From NCBI GenBank assembly GCA_964016885.1, contig OZ024742.1:357678001-357742000 (forward strand): a stretch of DNA of 64,000 bases. Reading direction: 5' to 3'. Positions 50,878 through 63,376 of the stretch are shown here, piece by piece; position 1 is the first letter of the stretch; the number at the start of each line of letters is the position of its first letter. Position numbers and translations under genes: made by a program. The DNA comes from Eledone cirrhosa. Its lineage: Eukaryota. The notes beneath the pieces are model-generated. The model was not told the origin of the DNA. It did no database searches and saw nothing but the letters and a program-made list of their open reading frames with translations.

Positions 50878-51122
50878 TAGCTGAATCCATGGTGGAACTA
50901 GAGAAGAAATTCCAAATGTTGAAGCAGGGCCTAGAAAGAAGGGGTCTCAAAGTCAACCTGACAGAGACTAAGGTCCTAGTAAGTAGAAGAGAAAGCTGAA
51001 CCCAGATCTTTTAGGGAAGTTGCCTTGCTCAGTATGTAGGAAAGGTATATGTAGAAATTCTATCCTCTGCCCCAAATGCAAACTTTGGGTTCACAAGTGA
51101 TCTAGTGGAATCTCAGGAAGCA
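50878..51122 (+). mobile_element. Internal RTE fragment (post-YADD to PHD), decayed
   Basis: AESMVELEKKFQMLKQGLERRGLKVNLTETKVLVSRRES*…CSVCRKGICRNSILCPKCKLWVHK*. Confidence 0.85.
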
Positions 51123-51184
51123 AATAGGGTTTGCAAGACATATAGCATTAATTTGAATATAATTTGAATAACTAGTAAACTGTA

Positions 51185-51445
51185 AGAGAGGAGACTTCTG
51201 GTGTCTTTGGCCCTAGGACCACCTCCCTACTTAACACCAGTGGCCCAGAGTAGTCTACTTGCATCTGTTCGCCTCGCGAACTGGAATGATTCTTCCAATG
51301 TGTCTCCCTCACCATCCTTGGTGGAAACATATTCTCTGTTCTGTCTGCTGGGATCACGGGGCGACTAGCACATGAGCCCCTGTTTGCTTATAATAGTGAG
51401 AGATGGGAAGAGCATGAGAGACAGACGCAGTGACAATGAAAATTT
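51185..51445 (+). mobile_element. Unclassified dispersed repeat carrying a single copy of the 49-bp satellite monomer
   Basis: GACTTCTGGTGTCTTTGGCCCTAGGACCACCTCCCTACTTAACACCA (51193-51239), followed by sequence homologous to the array's right flank (42006-42100). Confidence 0.75.
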
Positions 51446-51734
51446 GATTCCATTATGTTCAGACCTAATATATATGTAAATGATTCATTTCATTTATGCA
51501 GGCAAGAAACTCAGAGAAAAAGGAATCAAATTGGATTTGCTAGACACGTAGCCATCCAACACATGCAAGTGTGGAAAAACAGACGTAAAAACAATGATGG
51601 AGATGATGTAGCATTAAATTAAATATAAGTTGAATTACAAGTAAACTATGAGAGTGGTTGTGGATTAAATATATCAGTTAATGTAAGCAGGCAAGATGAC
51701 ATTAGAGTCAGAGAAATGTTTACATGTAATACTA

Positions 51735-52255
51735 TAGACATGTGATGCGTATGAAGGATGTGTAGAGCACTAGAAGTCAATGGAAACCGCGGAGAGGGGA
51801 GTCACAAGAAGACCTGGGATGAGGTGATAAAAGCCGACCTTACCCAATTACACGTCTCAAAGTCGATGACACACGACCGTGACCTCTGGCATCACGCAGT
51901 AATACAGAGTACCCGACCTCCCATGGGTACAAGCTGAAGCATATAGACATTATGCCCCCACACCCTCCCTCCCAATGCAAAGTGGCCGTGGAGGTGCCAC
52001 GACAAAAAAAGCACCCAGCCCACACTGTAAAGTGGACGTGTAGGTGCCACGGAAAAAAAGCACCCAGCACTCACTGTAAATGAGGTTGGTGTTAGGAAGG
52101 GCATCCAGCTGTAGAAATCAATTCAAAATCAGTTCCTGTATGAGCAAGGCATGGTCAGCCAACCAGACACTGCCCACAACAGGACAACCCGCCTAACCCA
52201 TGCTAGCATGGAAGAACGGACGTAAAACGGTCATGATGATGATGATGATGATGAT
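51735..52255 (+). mobile_element. RTE family B 3' fragment with (GAT)n tail
   Basis: Encodes KKTWDEVIKADLTQL. The UTR is the reverse complement of 52645-53165. Confidence 0.9.
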
Positions 52256-52444
52256 ATACAAGTTATATCAGTATAGAAAAAACAGACATTAAACTGTAGA
52301 AGATGACACCTATGTAATGAGGATAGAATGCTGTAAAACATACTGCCAACCATAATGTTCTTCGGATTACATAAATACGGAAAATGAAATTATTAGAATC
52401 ATGATGTAAAAGTAAATGGTATTATACAATTTTGTATATTACAA

Positions 52445-52556
52445 ATCTCTCTCTCTCTCTCTCTGTCTTTATATCTCTCTCTCTCTCTGTCTTTATCTCT
52501 CTTTTGCTCTGTCTTTCTTTCTCTCTCAGTCTTTCTCTTTCTATTTCACTCTCTCT

Positions 52557-52593
<37 letters not shown>

Positions 52594-52615
52594 TCTCTCT
52601 CAGTCTTTCTCCCCC
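52445..52615. repeat. (CT)n-rich microsatellite
   Basis: Direct reading. Confidence 0.9.
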
Positions 52616-52644
52616 TCGTCTTTGCTATGGCAAGTTTTCATTTC

Positions 52645-55002
52645 AATCATCATCATCATCATCACCGTTTTACGTCCGTTCTTCCACGCTAGCATGGGTT
52701 AGACGGGTTGTCCTGTTGTGGGCAGTGTCTGGTCGGCTGACCATGCCTTGCTCATACAGGAACTGATCTGGCTTGATTTCTACAGCTGGATGCCCTTCCT
52801 AACACCAACCTCATTTACAGTGAGTGCTGGGTGCTTTTTCGTGGCGCCTACACGTCCACTTTACAGTGTGGGCTGGGTGCTTTTTTGCCGTGGCACCTCC
52901 ACGACCACCTTGCGGTGGGGGGGGGGGGGCATATTGTTTATATGCTTCAGCATGTACCCATGGGAGGTCGGGTACCCTGTATTACTGCGTGACGCCAGAA
53001 GTCACGGTCGTGTGTCATTGACTTTGAGAGGTGTAGTTGGGTAAGGTCGGCTTTTATCACCTCATCCCAAGTCATCTTGGGTCTCCCCACTCCGCGGTTT
53101 CCATCAACTTCTAGTGCTCTGCACCTTTTTATGCAGCTGTCATCCTTCATACGCATCACATGTCCATACCAGCGTAACCGCCTCTCCTGCACGCAGCATT
53201 TGATTCCTCTTATGCTCAGTCTCTCTCTCAATTCATTTATGCTTTGTCGTTCACGTATATTACTGTTACACATCCATCGGAGCATGCAGGCTTCGTTTCT
53301 CTCTAATCTACGTAAGTCTTCCACCTTCAGCGCCCAGGTCTCACTACCATGCAACATCGCTGTTCGGATACACGCATCATACAGTCTGCCTTTCATTCTG
53401 AGGGAGAAGCCTTTTGCAGCTAGCAGTGGTAGTAGTTCCCTAAACTTCTTCCATCCCGTTCTTACCCTAGTTATTGTACTTTCTGAGCACCCACCTCCGT
53501 TGCTAATTCGGTCACCTAGGTAGCAGAAGCTGTCTACTGTTTCTACAGGGCCCTCCCAGAGATTGGTGGTACTTGTTTCCTGTGGCTGTTTGCTTGCTGT
53601 TTCAGCACAGCTGCTGCATGTGAATCCTACATTCTTAATTAAGCTTCCTGAGATCCCGCTACATCTCTTGTGTACCCATTGTTTGCATTTGGGGCAAAGA
53701 ATGGAGTTCCTACCTACACCTTTCCTACATACTGAGCAAGGCCATTTCCCTGAGGGGATCTGGGTTCTGTTTTCTCGTCTACTTATAAGGACCTTAGTCT
53801 TTGTCATGTTGACTTTGAGGCCCTTTCTCTCTAGTCCCTGCTTCCAGGTTTGGAATTTATTCTCTAGTTCTACCATAGATTCAGCTATGAGTGCGAGGTC
53901 ATCAGCATACAGGAGTTCCCATGGGCATCCGGTCTTAAACTCCTCCGTTATTGCCTGCAGGACTATGATGAACAGGAGAGGGCTAAGAACAGAGCCCTGG
54001 TGGACCCCAACCTGTACGCTAAATTCCTCGCTATACTCATTGCCAATCCTAACTTTGCTGACTGCTCCCCTATACATGGCTTGTACCGCTTTCACAAGCC
54101 ATTCATCTACTCCTAGTTTTCTAAGAGCCCACCAGATTACTGCACGTGGAACTCTGTCAAAGGCTTTCTCAAGGTCGACAAATGCCAAGTAGAGTGGCTT
54201 ACTTTTAGCTAGGTACTTTTCCTGTAATTGCCTCACAAGGAAGAGCGCATCAGTGGTGCCTTTCCCTGGAACAAACCCAAATTGCATCTCGTCTATATTC
54301 ACCCGGTCCCTAATCAGCTGTGCTATAACTCTTTCTGTTACTTTCATGACCTGGTCCATCAACTTTATACCTCTATAGTTTCCTCTATCTAGTGCATCGC
54401 CTTTACCTTTGTAGCAGTTGACAATGATGCTACTGCACCAATCTTTTGGTATGGCCCCCTCTAGTATTACCTGGTTAACGATACGTGTGGTTATAGTGTG
54501 ACCTACAGACCCAGATGCCTTCAGCATCTCGGCAGCTATACCCGATGGACCGGTTGCCTTCCCTATCTTCATATCTCTGATTGCCTTACTTACTACGCTG
54601 CCGCTGACTTGTACTGCTGGTCCCTCTATAGGGTCTACGTGGGGTAGGGTCTCTTCTTCCCATGCATTCTCCTCATTTAGTAATCTATCATAATGACTCT
54701 TCCATGCATCTTTCTTCTCAGCACTTGTGAGGGCAAGCTCACCTTTATCATTCCGGATACACTTCTCTCCAATGACATCACAACTATCTCTGACACACTG
54801 CCTCGCAATCTTGAATACCTCCTGTTTCTGGTCCTCACGTTGTAAAACATGCTTGAATTTTCTATCCTCTGCTTCCCTCCTAGCTAAGTATACTTGTCGC
54901 CTAGCTTCCCTCTTGGTCTCTATGTAATGTACCCTGCTCCCCCCGTTCTTCCATTCTTTCCATGCCTGTCTCTTGGCCTTGACTGCTTCATCTACCTTAT
55001 TC
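52645..55002 (-). mobile_element. RTE family B, 5'-truncated (no APE), RT-PHD-C-terminus frame intact
   Basis: The 541-aa ORF 52947-54572 has FVDLEKAFD, QGSVLSP, YADD, PHD, FCYLG and RRLRWYGHV. The frame stays open upstream to about 55000 (NKVDEAVKAKRQAWKEWK). The protein is clearly diverged from family A and the 3' UTR differs. Confidence 0.93.
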
Positions 55003-55039
55003 TACTTCAATATTTGTATTTTTTTTTAAACCCTAGGTA

Positions 55040-55200
55040 AAAGAGGGGGGGGGGGTTGAAGAGGAGGAGGAGGGGGAAGTTGAAGAGGAGGAGGAGGAGG
55101 ATGTGGTGGCGGAAGTTGAGGAGGAGGAGTTGGTGGTGGTGGAGGAGGAGGAGGATGGGAGATGAGGAGCTGGTGGATGTGGTGGAGGAAGTTGAGGTGG
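55040..55200. repeat. GGA/GGT-rich low-complexity tract
   Basis: Direct reading. Confidence 0.85.
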
Positions 55201-55315
55201 AGTTCAAATCCCGCCGAGGTTAACTTTGCCTTTCATCCCTATGGGCATCGATAAAATAAAGTACCAGTAATACACTGGTTAATTGCTGGCCTTGTGCCTA
55301 AAGTAGAAACAATTA
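55200..55315 (+). mobile_element. 3' half of a tRNA-derived SINE
   Basis: GAGTTCAAATCCCGCCGAGGTTAACTTTGCCTTTCATCC…GATAAAATAAAGTACCAG…GGCCTTGTGCCTAAAGTAGAAAC. Confidence 0.8.
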
Positions 55316-55544
55316 TTTATTTGCCATCCTATCACAGTCAACATTGATGAGATATAATATATGGAACTACAATAGCAGACCTCCTGTAATAGATTGTGGT
55401 GGAAATTATGAAAGCCAATCGTAATTTGCTGAAGCTCACAGAGAAAAGAATGATTTGGGGAATGTTGTACTGGAAAATACACACCAAACCCATATAAGCA
55501 TGGAAGAACTAATGTAAAATTATGATGATGATATATATATATAT

Positions 55545-56345
55545 TATTATAATAATAATAATAATGAATGAAATTATTGTGTACAGTGCTCAGGTGCACT
55601 ACAACTCATCAAAGGTGCATGTATAGTACATAGAATAATATACAAATTTCAGGGAACTGAATAGTGTATGTGTCATGATATACATGTGTGCGTGTGTATG
55701 GAGGGGGAATATTAGGTGTAGTTTTGGTGAATCTCAGGAAGCATGGAGATTTTAAAGGATGCAGTGTCTCAACAGCTAACAACCGATGCAGGTAGTTTGT
55801 TCCGTGCTTCAGCAACTCCGAATGTGAAAAATATGTTTCCGAAAGTCATGGGAGCTGTGCTGTTTTCTAACTTTGTAGGCATGCCCACGTGTGTTAGACA
55901 CATGAAAATCAAAAAGGTGCTCAGGGTTGTTGTTGGCAAGATTGTTAACAATTTTGTGGGTGTTTACCAAGTAGGTTACCAGACGTCGGAGCTTCAATGT
56001 CTCCATGTCCAGGGAAGCAAGGTGTTCAGAGTATGGTAGATCCCTGGTGGAGGGTATTCACTTGGTTGCACATCTCTGAACAGTTTCCAGGCAGTCAATG
56101 TTCTGAGCAAGATAGGAGTTCCAGACTGGTGATGCAAATTCTAAGTGTGGCTGCACCATTGCTATATACAGCTTTAAATAGATAGCTGGAGAGCGGCTGA
56201 CAAAGGTCTTGCTGAGTGATGGTAAGACACCCTCGGCCTTCTTGACAATTTTAGAGACATGCATCGTCCAACGCATATCGCTGCTGACCGTAATGACCAG
56301 GTCACGTTCACAAGGAGACTTGTTGATATTAGTGCTGTGGAGGGA
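55545..56345 (-). mobile_element. CR1-clade LINE 3' fragment (RT thumb to end)
   Basis: ERDLVITVSSDMRWTMHV…YIAMVQPHLEFASPVWNS…LETVQRCATK…TLKLRRL…NTRGHAYK…RNKLPASVV. (TAA)n tail. Confidence 0.85.
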
Positions 56346-56367
56346 GTATGTGGATGGTGGGTATTAT

Positions 56368-56414
<47 letters not shown>

Positions 56415-56418
<4 letters not shown>

Positions 56419-56700
56419 AAAAACAAATCTTGTATTTTTGTTATCGCTTGTTAAGTACGAGGACCTCATTCAATCCTTACCTTCCTCGCTATCCACCCAA
56501 CCTTAATTCCTTAATTCTATCGTATTTTCAAAACAAAACAAAACCCTTGTTCTTCTTCTTATAAATTCTTTTAAATATATTTGTTACTTCGAAAATTCTA
56601 AACTCCCGCTCCTACTATCTTCGCCCCCTCCCTCTACTTCATGAGGGCTCGCGGTCAGCCACCCCAATATCTACATCATGCGGCCAAACCTACCCCCCAC

Positions 56701-56771
<71 letters not shown>

Positions 56772-59700
56772 TCTATCTATATATATATAAGATAAACCCT
56801 TCAAGTAAATCACATTCGCCAAATTCATCGCTGCTTTCTTCACGGTATATCATGTAACGTAATGTACACATTTTTCTACCATTTCCACACTCCATCCGTA
56901 TCCAGTCCAACCTTCCCATATCCCCCCGCTCCCCACCGCTCCCACCCTCCAAATGCAATCCCAAACTTCAGAGTTGGTACCATGAATGTAGGCACCTTAA
57001 AGGGTCGCTCTAACGAGGTTGTAGAAATGCTCGAACGTAAGGAGGTCGATGTTTGTTGTATTCAAGAGACCAGTTGGAGGGGTGGGTCTGCTAGATTCAT
57101 TGAGGGTAAAAAACGATACTATAAGCTTTTCTGGGTGGGAAAGGACAATGGGCTGGGTGGAGTAGGAATCATGGTAGCAGAAAAGTGGAGAGATAAGATA
57201 ATAGACGTAAATAGAGGGAACGACAGAATAATTAAAATAAGACTTGTCCTCAATAGAACTACGGTGACAGTAATATCTGCGTACGCACCCCAATCCGGAC
57301 TGCCCGGCACTATAAAAGACAGATTCTATGAGACACTGATGCTCACTACCGCCCAAATAACCGACAGTGACTATATAATTATTGCAGGCGACCTAAATGG
57401 TCACGTTGGACAACATTGTGACGGCTACGACGAAATCCATGGAGGCTATGGGTTTGGTACTAGAAATGAGGAAGGCTCCAGAATCCTGGAATTCTGTGAC
57501 GCAAATAACCTAACTATCTGTAACACTAACTTCAAAAAACGTGATCCGGGGAACACACAAGCCAGGTAGATTATATCCTTACCAGAAGACGTGACAGAGT
57601 GTCTGTTGTAAACACTAAATCCCTCCCCCATGAAGAATGCACCTCCCAACATAGACTGATAATTAGCGACCTCATAGTCAGGACGAGACGTACTCGACAG
57701 CAGAAGAGGACTATCCTCAGGAGAAAAATATGGAAGCTAAAGGACCCCACAGCCAGAAATAAATTTCAAAGCATATTACTTGATGCTTTCGACAGTAAGG
57801 AAGAGCATTTAGAGTCGGACAATATAGAGGGACAGTGAGAATTCCTGAAAGCAAACCTGCTGATGGCGGCAGACGAAGTCTGTGGCTGGAGCAGGCCTGT
57901 AGGCAGGAGGAGAGTAACATGGTGGTGTAACAGTAAGGTGGAGGGGTCAATTAAGGCCAAAAAGCAGGCTTGGAAAGTATGGCGGGATGGGGGAAGTAGA
58001 GAAGACTATCAAGTGGCCAGGAGGGAAGCTAGGAGACAAGTGTACTTCGCAAGAAGGGAAGCAGAGGAAAGAAAGTTCAAGCATGTTCTACAACGCGAGG
58101 ACCAAAAACGTGAGGTGTTCAGGATTGCTAGGCAATGTGTCAAGGAAAACCGTGATATTGTCGGGGAGAAGTGTGTACTAAAGGATGACGGCGTACTTGC
58201 CATCACCGACGCTGATAAGAAGGTAGCTTGGAAGTGTCACTATGAAAGGCTACTAAATGAGGAGAATAAATGGGAGAAAGACAGTCTCCCCCACATCGAC
58301 CCAATAGAGGGAGCAGCAGTGTTAGTCGAGGATAGTATAATAAGTAAGGCAATCAAGGATATGAAGACGGGTAAGGCGGCTGGGCCTTCGGAAATAGTTG
58401 CTGTGATGCTGAAGGCATCTGGCACGGTGGGACACACCATGGTCACCCGGATAGTTAACCAAGTCGTACAGAATGGGGTTGTTCCGAAGGACTGGCGTAG
58501 CAGCATCATCGTTAACTGTTATAAGGGTAAAGGAGATGCCCTAGATAGGAGTAACTATAGAGGCATTAAATTAATCGACCAGGTCATGAAGGTCACGGAA
58601 AAAGTAATAGCGCAACTAATCAGAGAGAGAATTGACCTAGATGAAATGCAGTTCGGGTTTGTGTCAGGCAAAAGTACCACAGACGCTCTTTTCATTGTAG
58701 GACAACTACAGGAGAAGTACCTAGCTAAAAGTAAACCCCTCTACTTAGCTTTTGTCGACTTGGAGAAAGCCTTCGACAGAGTCCCCCGTTCCATTATCTG
58801 GTGGGCCCTTAGAAAACTAGGTGTCGACGAATGGCCTGTGAGAGCTATACAAGCCATGTATAAAGAAACAGTCAGCAAGGTTAGAATTAATAACGAATAT
58901 AGTGAAGAGTTTAGCGTAAAAGTTGGCGTCCATCAGGGCTCTGTTCTCAGCCCCCTACTATTTATTATTGCCCTTCAGGCTATAACAGAGGAGTTCAAGA
59001 CCGGCTGCCCATGGGAACTCCTATACGCAGACGACCTAACACTCATAGCTGAATCATAGCCGAGCTAGAGAAGAAATTCCAAACATGGAAGCACGGCCTA
59101 GAATCAAAAGGCCTTAAAATTAATCTGGCTAAGACCAAAGTTCTAGTTTGTAGGAAAGAAAATAAGGTGGCGGTCCCTTCCGGGAAGTGGCCATGCTCAG
59201 TGTGTAGGAAAGGCGTAGGTAGAAACTCCATTTTGTGTCAGAAATGCAAAGTATGGGTGCATAAAAGATGTAGTGGGATCACAGGTAAGCTAACTAAGAA
59301 CATAGATTTCACATGTGGCCGGTGCTCTGGTGCAATAAGTAGCAGCAAGTGCCCACAAAATACTAGCTCTTTCAACTGCGCAGAGGGCTCTATAGAAATA
59401 GTGGACAGCTTCCGTTACCTGGGTGACAAAATCAGCAGTGGGGGAGGGTGCTCTGAAAGTACAGTAGCTAGAGTCAGAACTGGATGGAAAAAGTTCAGAG
59501 AGCTTATACCTCTATTAGCCGCTAAAGGGTTCTCCCTAAAAATGAAAGGCAGGTTGCATGATGCCTGCATAAGAACAGCAATGTTGCATGGCAGTGAGAC
59601 CTGGGCATTGTGTGCAGAGGATATACGCAGACTAGAGAGGAACGAAGCTTGCATGCTCCGCTGGATGTGTAATAGTAATATACGTGAACGGCAAAGCATA

Positions 59701-60370
59701 AACGAACTAAGGAAAAAATTAGAAATAAGAGGGATCAGATGTTGTTTACTCGAGAGAAGGCTACGTTGGTATGGACACGTGATGCGCATGAAAGACGATA
59801 GCTGTATAACAAAGTGCAGGGCAATAAAGATAGACGGTAGCCACGGAATAGGCAGACCTAGAAAAACCTGGGACGAGCTGATAAACTCCGACCTCACACA
59901 CTTACACCTCTCCAAGACAATGTCACTGGACCGAGACCTTTGGCGGTACTCAGTAATAGAGAAGACCCGCCTTACCTAAATACATAGTAAAACCTACTAC
60001 AGTCAGTAGGCAACTCTAACAAAATACACCCCCGTCCCACCACCCCCACCCCATCCACACCGCCCCCTTCTATGTAAAGTTATGTTGGTGCCACACCATC
60101 CCGGCCGAAACAAATGAGATCGTGTAGGTGTCACGACAAAAAACACACAGTCCAAGCTGTAATGTGGCCGTGTAGGCAACACGGTAAAAACCTCCCAGAC
60201 CCACACTGTAAATGTGGTTGGTGTTAGGAAGGGCATCCAACTGTAGAAAACCTGCCAGACAGTCCTATGCGAGCAAGACAATCACTCTTGCCTCAAGTGG
60301 GAAAACCCCCGTCCAAACCCATGCAAGCCTGGAACATGGACGTTAAACGTTGATGATGATGATGATGATG

Positions 60371-60372
<2 letters not shown>
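56415..60372 (+). pseudogene. RTE family A near-full-length copy, inactivated
   Basis: Very similar to 46878-50358. Lesions: 22-bp deletion near 57545, TGA at 57836-57838, 1-nt deletion near 59057. (GAT)n tail. (TA)n tracts on both sides. Confidence 0.93.
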
Positions 60373-60407
<35 letters not shown>

Positions 60408-61021
60408 TGGTGTTCAGTATCCATTGTATCATACATACTTGGAATGGAACCCTTGTAGTAATTGACCTGATTAATTATAAGAGTTTCCAATTCATTTGGT
60501 TGAACAAGTTGGTCCTCAGGACTAACAGAACATACACACCTGCAATGGTGCCATTGTAGTAACTGGCTTTAATAACTGTATATATATAGGAAGTCCCTGT
60601 CGTGACAGTCCTCCGTACCACCGGATTCTGGCTTCTGCGGCCGAGTGAGTGGGACCGTCATTGTGCACTGGCCCTCCCACTATAAACCTTTCCCGCACAG
60701 GTTTCTTCTTTAGCGTGCACTCCCAAAGCCCTGCGGCGATGGGCCAGAGGTGGAGGTAACAGGTGGAGGTAACCTCTGGGAGTTGCCAGTCTGACTCTGG
60801 TCTCTTCCCATGTCCCCACTGTCCTCGGGCCTGCAAGTCAAGGATCGGCCTCCACAGCCACCTTCGTGCCCACGGCAGACAGGAACAACAATAAAGAAGA
60901 TGTCATCAACGTTTACGATGGACAACCAACACAAACACACACATACCAACTACATACACACACACACACACACACATACCAACTACATACACACACACAC
61001 ACACATACATATACACACACA

Positions 61022-61585
61022 TGCACAGCATAAAGGAATTGAGAGAGGGACTGAGCAGAAAAGGAATCAAATGCTGTGTGCAGGAGAGAAGATTACGTTG
61101 ATATGGACATATGATGCGTATGAAGGATGACAGCTGCATAAAAAGGTGTAGAGCAATAACAGTCGATGGAAGCCTTGGTGTGGGGGAGACCCAAGAAGGC
61201 ATGGGATGAGGTGATAAAGGCTGACCTTGTCCAATTGCACCTCTCAAAGGTGATGACACAGGACCCAGACCTCTGGCATTATACAATAATACAGAAGACA
61301 CGGCTTACCACACGTACAAGGAGAATGGGAAGCATATAGACAGTATGCCCCCACCCACTCCTACTGTAAATTGGTTATGAAGGTACCATGGTAAAAAGCA
61401 CCCAGTACTCACTGTAAATGAGGTTGGTGTTAGGAAGGGCATCCAGCTGTAGAAATCAAGCCAGAATCAGTTCTGTATGAGCAAGACATTGTCATCTGAC
61501 CTGGCATTTCTCACAATAGGACAACTCATCTAACCCATACTAGTGTGGAGGAATGGACGTAATGTAGTGATGATAATGATGATGA
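61022..61585 (+). mobile_element. RTE (B-like) 3' fragment, decayed
   Basis: Homologous to the ORF end (GIKCCVQERRLR*YGHMMRMKDDSCIKRC) and UTR, with a (GAT)n tail. Confidence 0.85.
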
Positions 61586-61659
61586 TATACATACATATAT
61601 ATATACCCTTGCAAGCAGGGAAAAAGCGGACGTAAAATGAAATGATGAAATGATGATGA

Positions 61660-61699
<40 letters not shown>

Positions 61700-61701
<2 letters not shown>

Positions 61702-62175
61702 TCCATTATCCTATTCTCCTCCACCCCACCTTCAATACAGTTGTCCACTGTGGTCTCCCCAAATGAAACAAAGTATTATGAAAACTGGAGCACCTCAAAT
61801 GTCTATTACCAAGAAGATAAATGACATGACAGGCCTTGACAATTGGGGTCGACTAGACAAACTCAAACTTTATTCTTTCCAACGTTGCCATGAGTGCTAC
61901 ATTATCTGTATGATGTGGAAAATATTCCAACAGCATTGCCCAAATGATGTTGACATCACTTTTAAACTACTCCCAAGGCTTGGGCCCCGTGCTATCTACC
62001 CACAACAAAAATCTTACTCGCATCTCATAACAACAATACAGTACAATTATTTCACCTCAATTAGCTCCGCTCTCTTTAACATTACACCAAAACACATCAA
62101 AACAGAAACAGACACCATAAAATTCAAAAAAGTCTTTCAACAAATTCCTCCAAGAAATCCCAGATAAACCGCACA
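61700..62175 (+). mobile_element. CR1-clade LINE fragment (different family)
   Basis: PHLQYSCPLWSP, then …SITKKINDMTGLDNWGRLDKLKLYSFQRCHECYIICMMWKI, matching the CR1 L..L.LYSLQRRRERY pattern. Confidence 0.7.
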
Positions 62176-62987
62176 CACATGTATATATATATATATATAT
62201 GTATCATCTGAGGGTATGAGTATGTCTTTTAGGGAGGAAGTATGATACACTCTGTCTAGCTCTACACCTCGACACTAAAGTGAACCTAAACATCGAGTGC
62301 TCACCTGGGTGAGCCTACAGTAACTCCAAGTTACACTCCCTGGATATATATATATATGGTATTTATAGTCTGTAATGGGAGAAGTTAATGTATTTGCTAA
62401 CAGTTTTTATTAACTCCTATACATGTTTTTAATATTATAAAACATTTTAAATATTTAATTTCCTATGAGATTGTAAAACTAAATCTATATTTTCTGTTTT
62501 TCCTATTTTCTCTTATCTGCTATAAATGGTCAAGATATTGGTTAGATGTAATTTCTAATGCTCTCGATTTGTTTTGAATAAATTTTGCTTCAGTAAGCTT
62601 CTTTGCTTAGTTTACCTTGTTTATCTTGAAATTATTCCAGCATGGAAAGTATATGCTAATTTTTTTCATTTACATTGCCAATCTCAGTATGGCTGCCAAA
62701 TTATCTTGTGGGAACCTAACCAAACATAAATATTTGCTGCTCAGAAAACAGATTAAAAACTTGAAGATAGCTTTGAAATGAAATTCAAACAATTAAATGA
62801 AGGTAATTTCAGTTTGACTAATAGTAACAAAATAATAACAACAGTCATAAAATAGTCTGTAGGTCAGTGACCCACACATCTCACATGAGGACAGTTTGAA
62901 TATTTAAGGGGGAGCAATATAAAAATGATGTTGGTGAGAACTCCAGTTTTTACTACTTTTGTTGTTACTTTCAGTTTTTCTGTCCTA

Positions 62988-63089
62988 CATCATCATCATC
63001 ATCATCATCGTTTAACGTCTATCTTCTACGCTAGTATGGGTTTAGACGGGAATTGTCCCACTTGAGGCAAGATTGGTTGTCTTGCTCGA
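62988..63089 (-). mobile_element. RTE family A 3' stub
   Basis: (CAT)n tail followed by GTTTAACGTC…CCCACTTGAGGCAAGATTGGTTGTCTTGCTCG, as at 30201-30300. Confidence 0.85.
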
Positions 63090-63179
63090 AATTAATAGGA
63101 GTGGACCCAAAACAGAGTAATTTGGGATGTCACAACTGACTTTGGCTGAGCTTTATTATATTTTTTTGACCACAACATA

Positions 63180-63376
63180 ATAATAATAATAATTGTTTCT
63201 ACTTTTGGCACAAGGCCAGCAAATACCCAGTGCATTACTGATACTTTATTTTATCGACCCCGTAAGGATGAAAGGCAAAGTCAACCTCGGTGGGATTTGA
63301 ACTCAGATCGTAAAGGGACGTAATTATGCTGGAAAGCATGGCGTCCGACCCTCTACCGATACTGCCAATCCACCGT
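63180..63376 (-). mobile_element. tRNA-derived SINE, near-identical to 34981-35175
   Basis: Reverse-complement match including the A/B boxes and core, with a (TTA)n tail. Confidence 0.85.

Noticed and set aside
46602-60281. Short antisense or alternative-frame ORFs recurring in several places
   Set aside because: They are shadows of the RTE ORF and UTR, repeated because the element is repeated.
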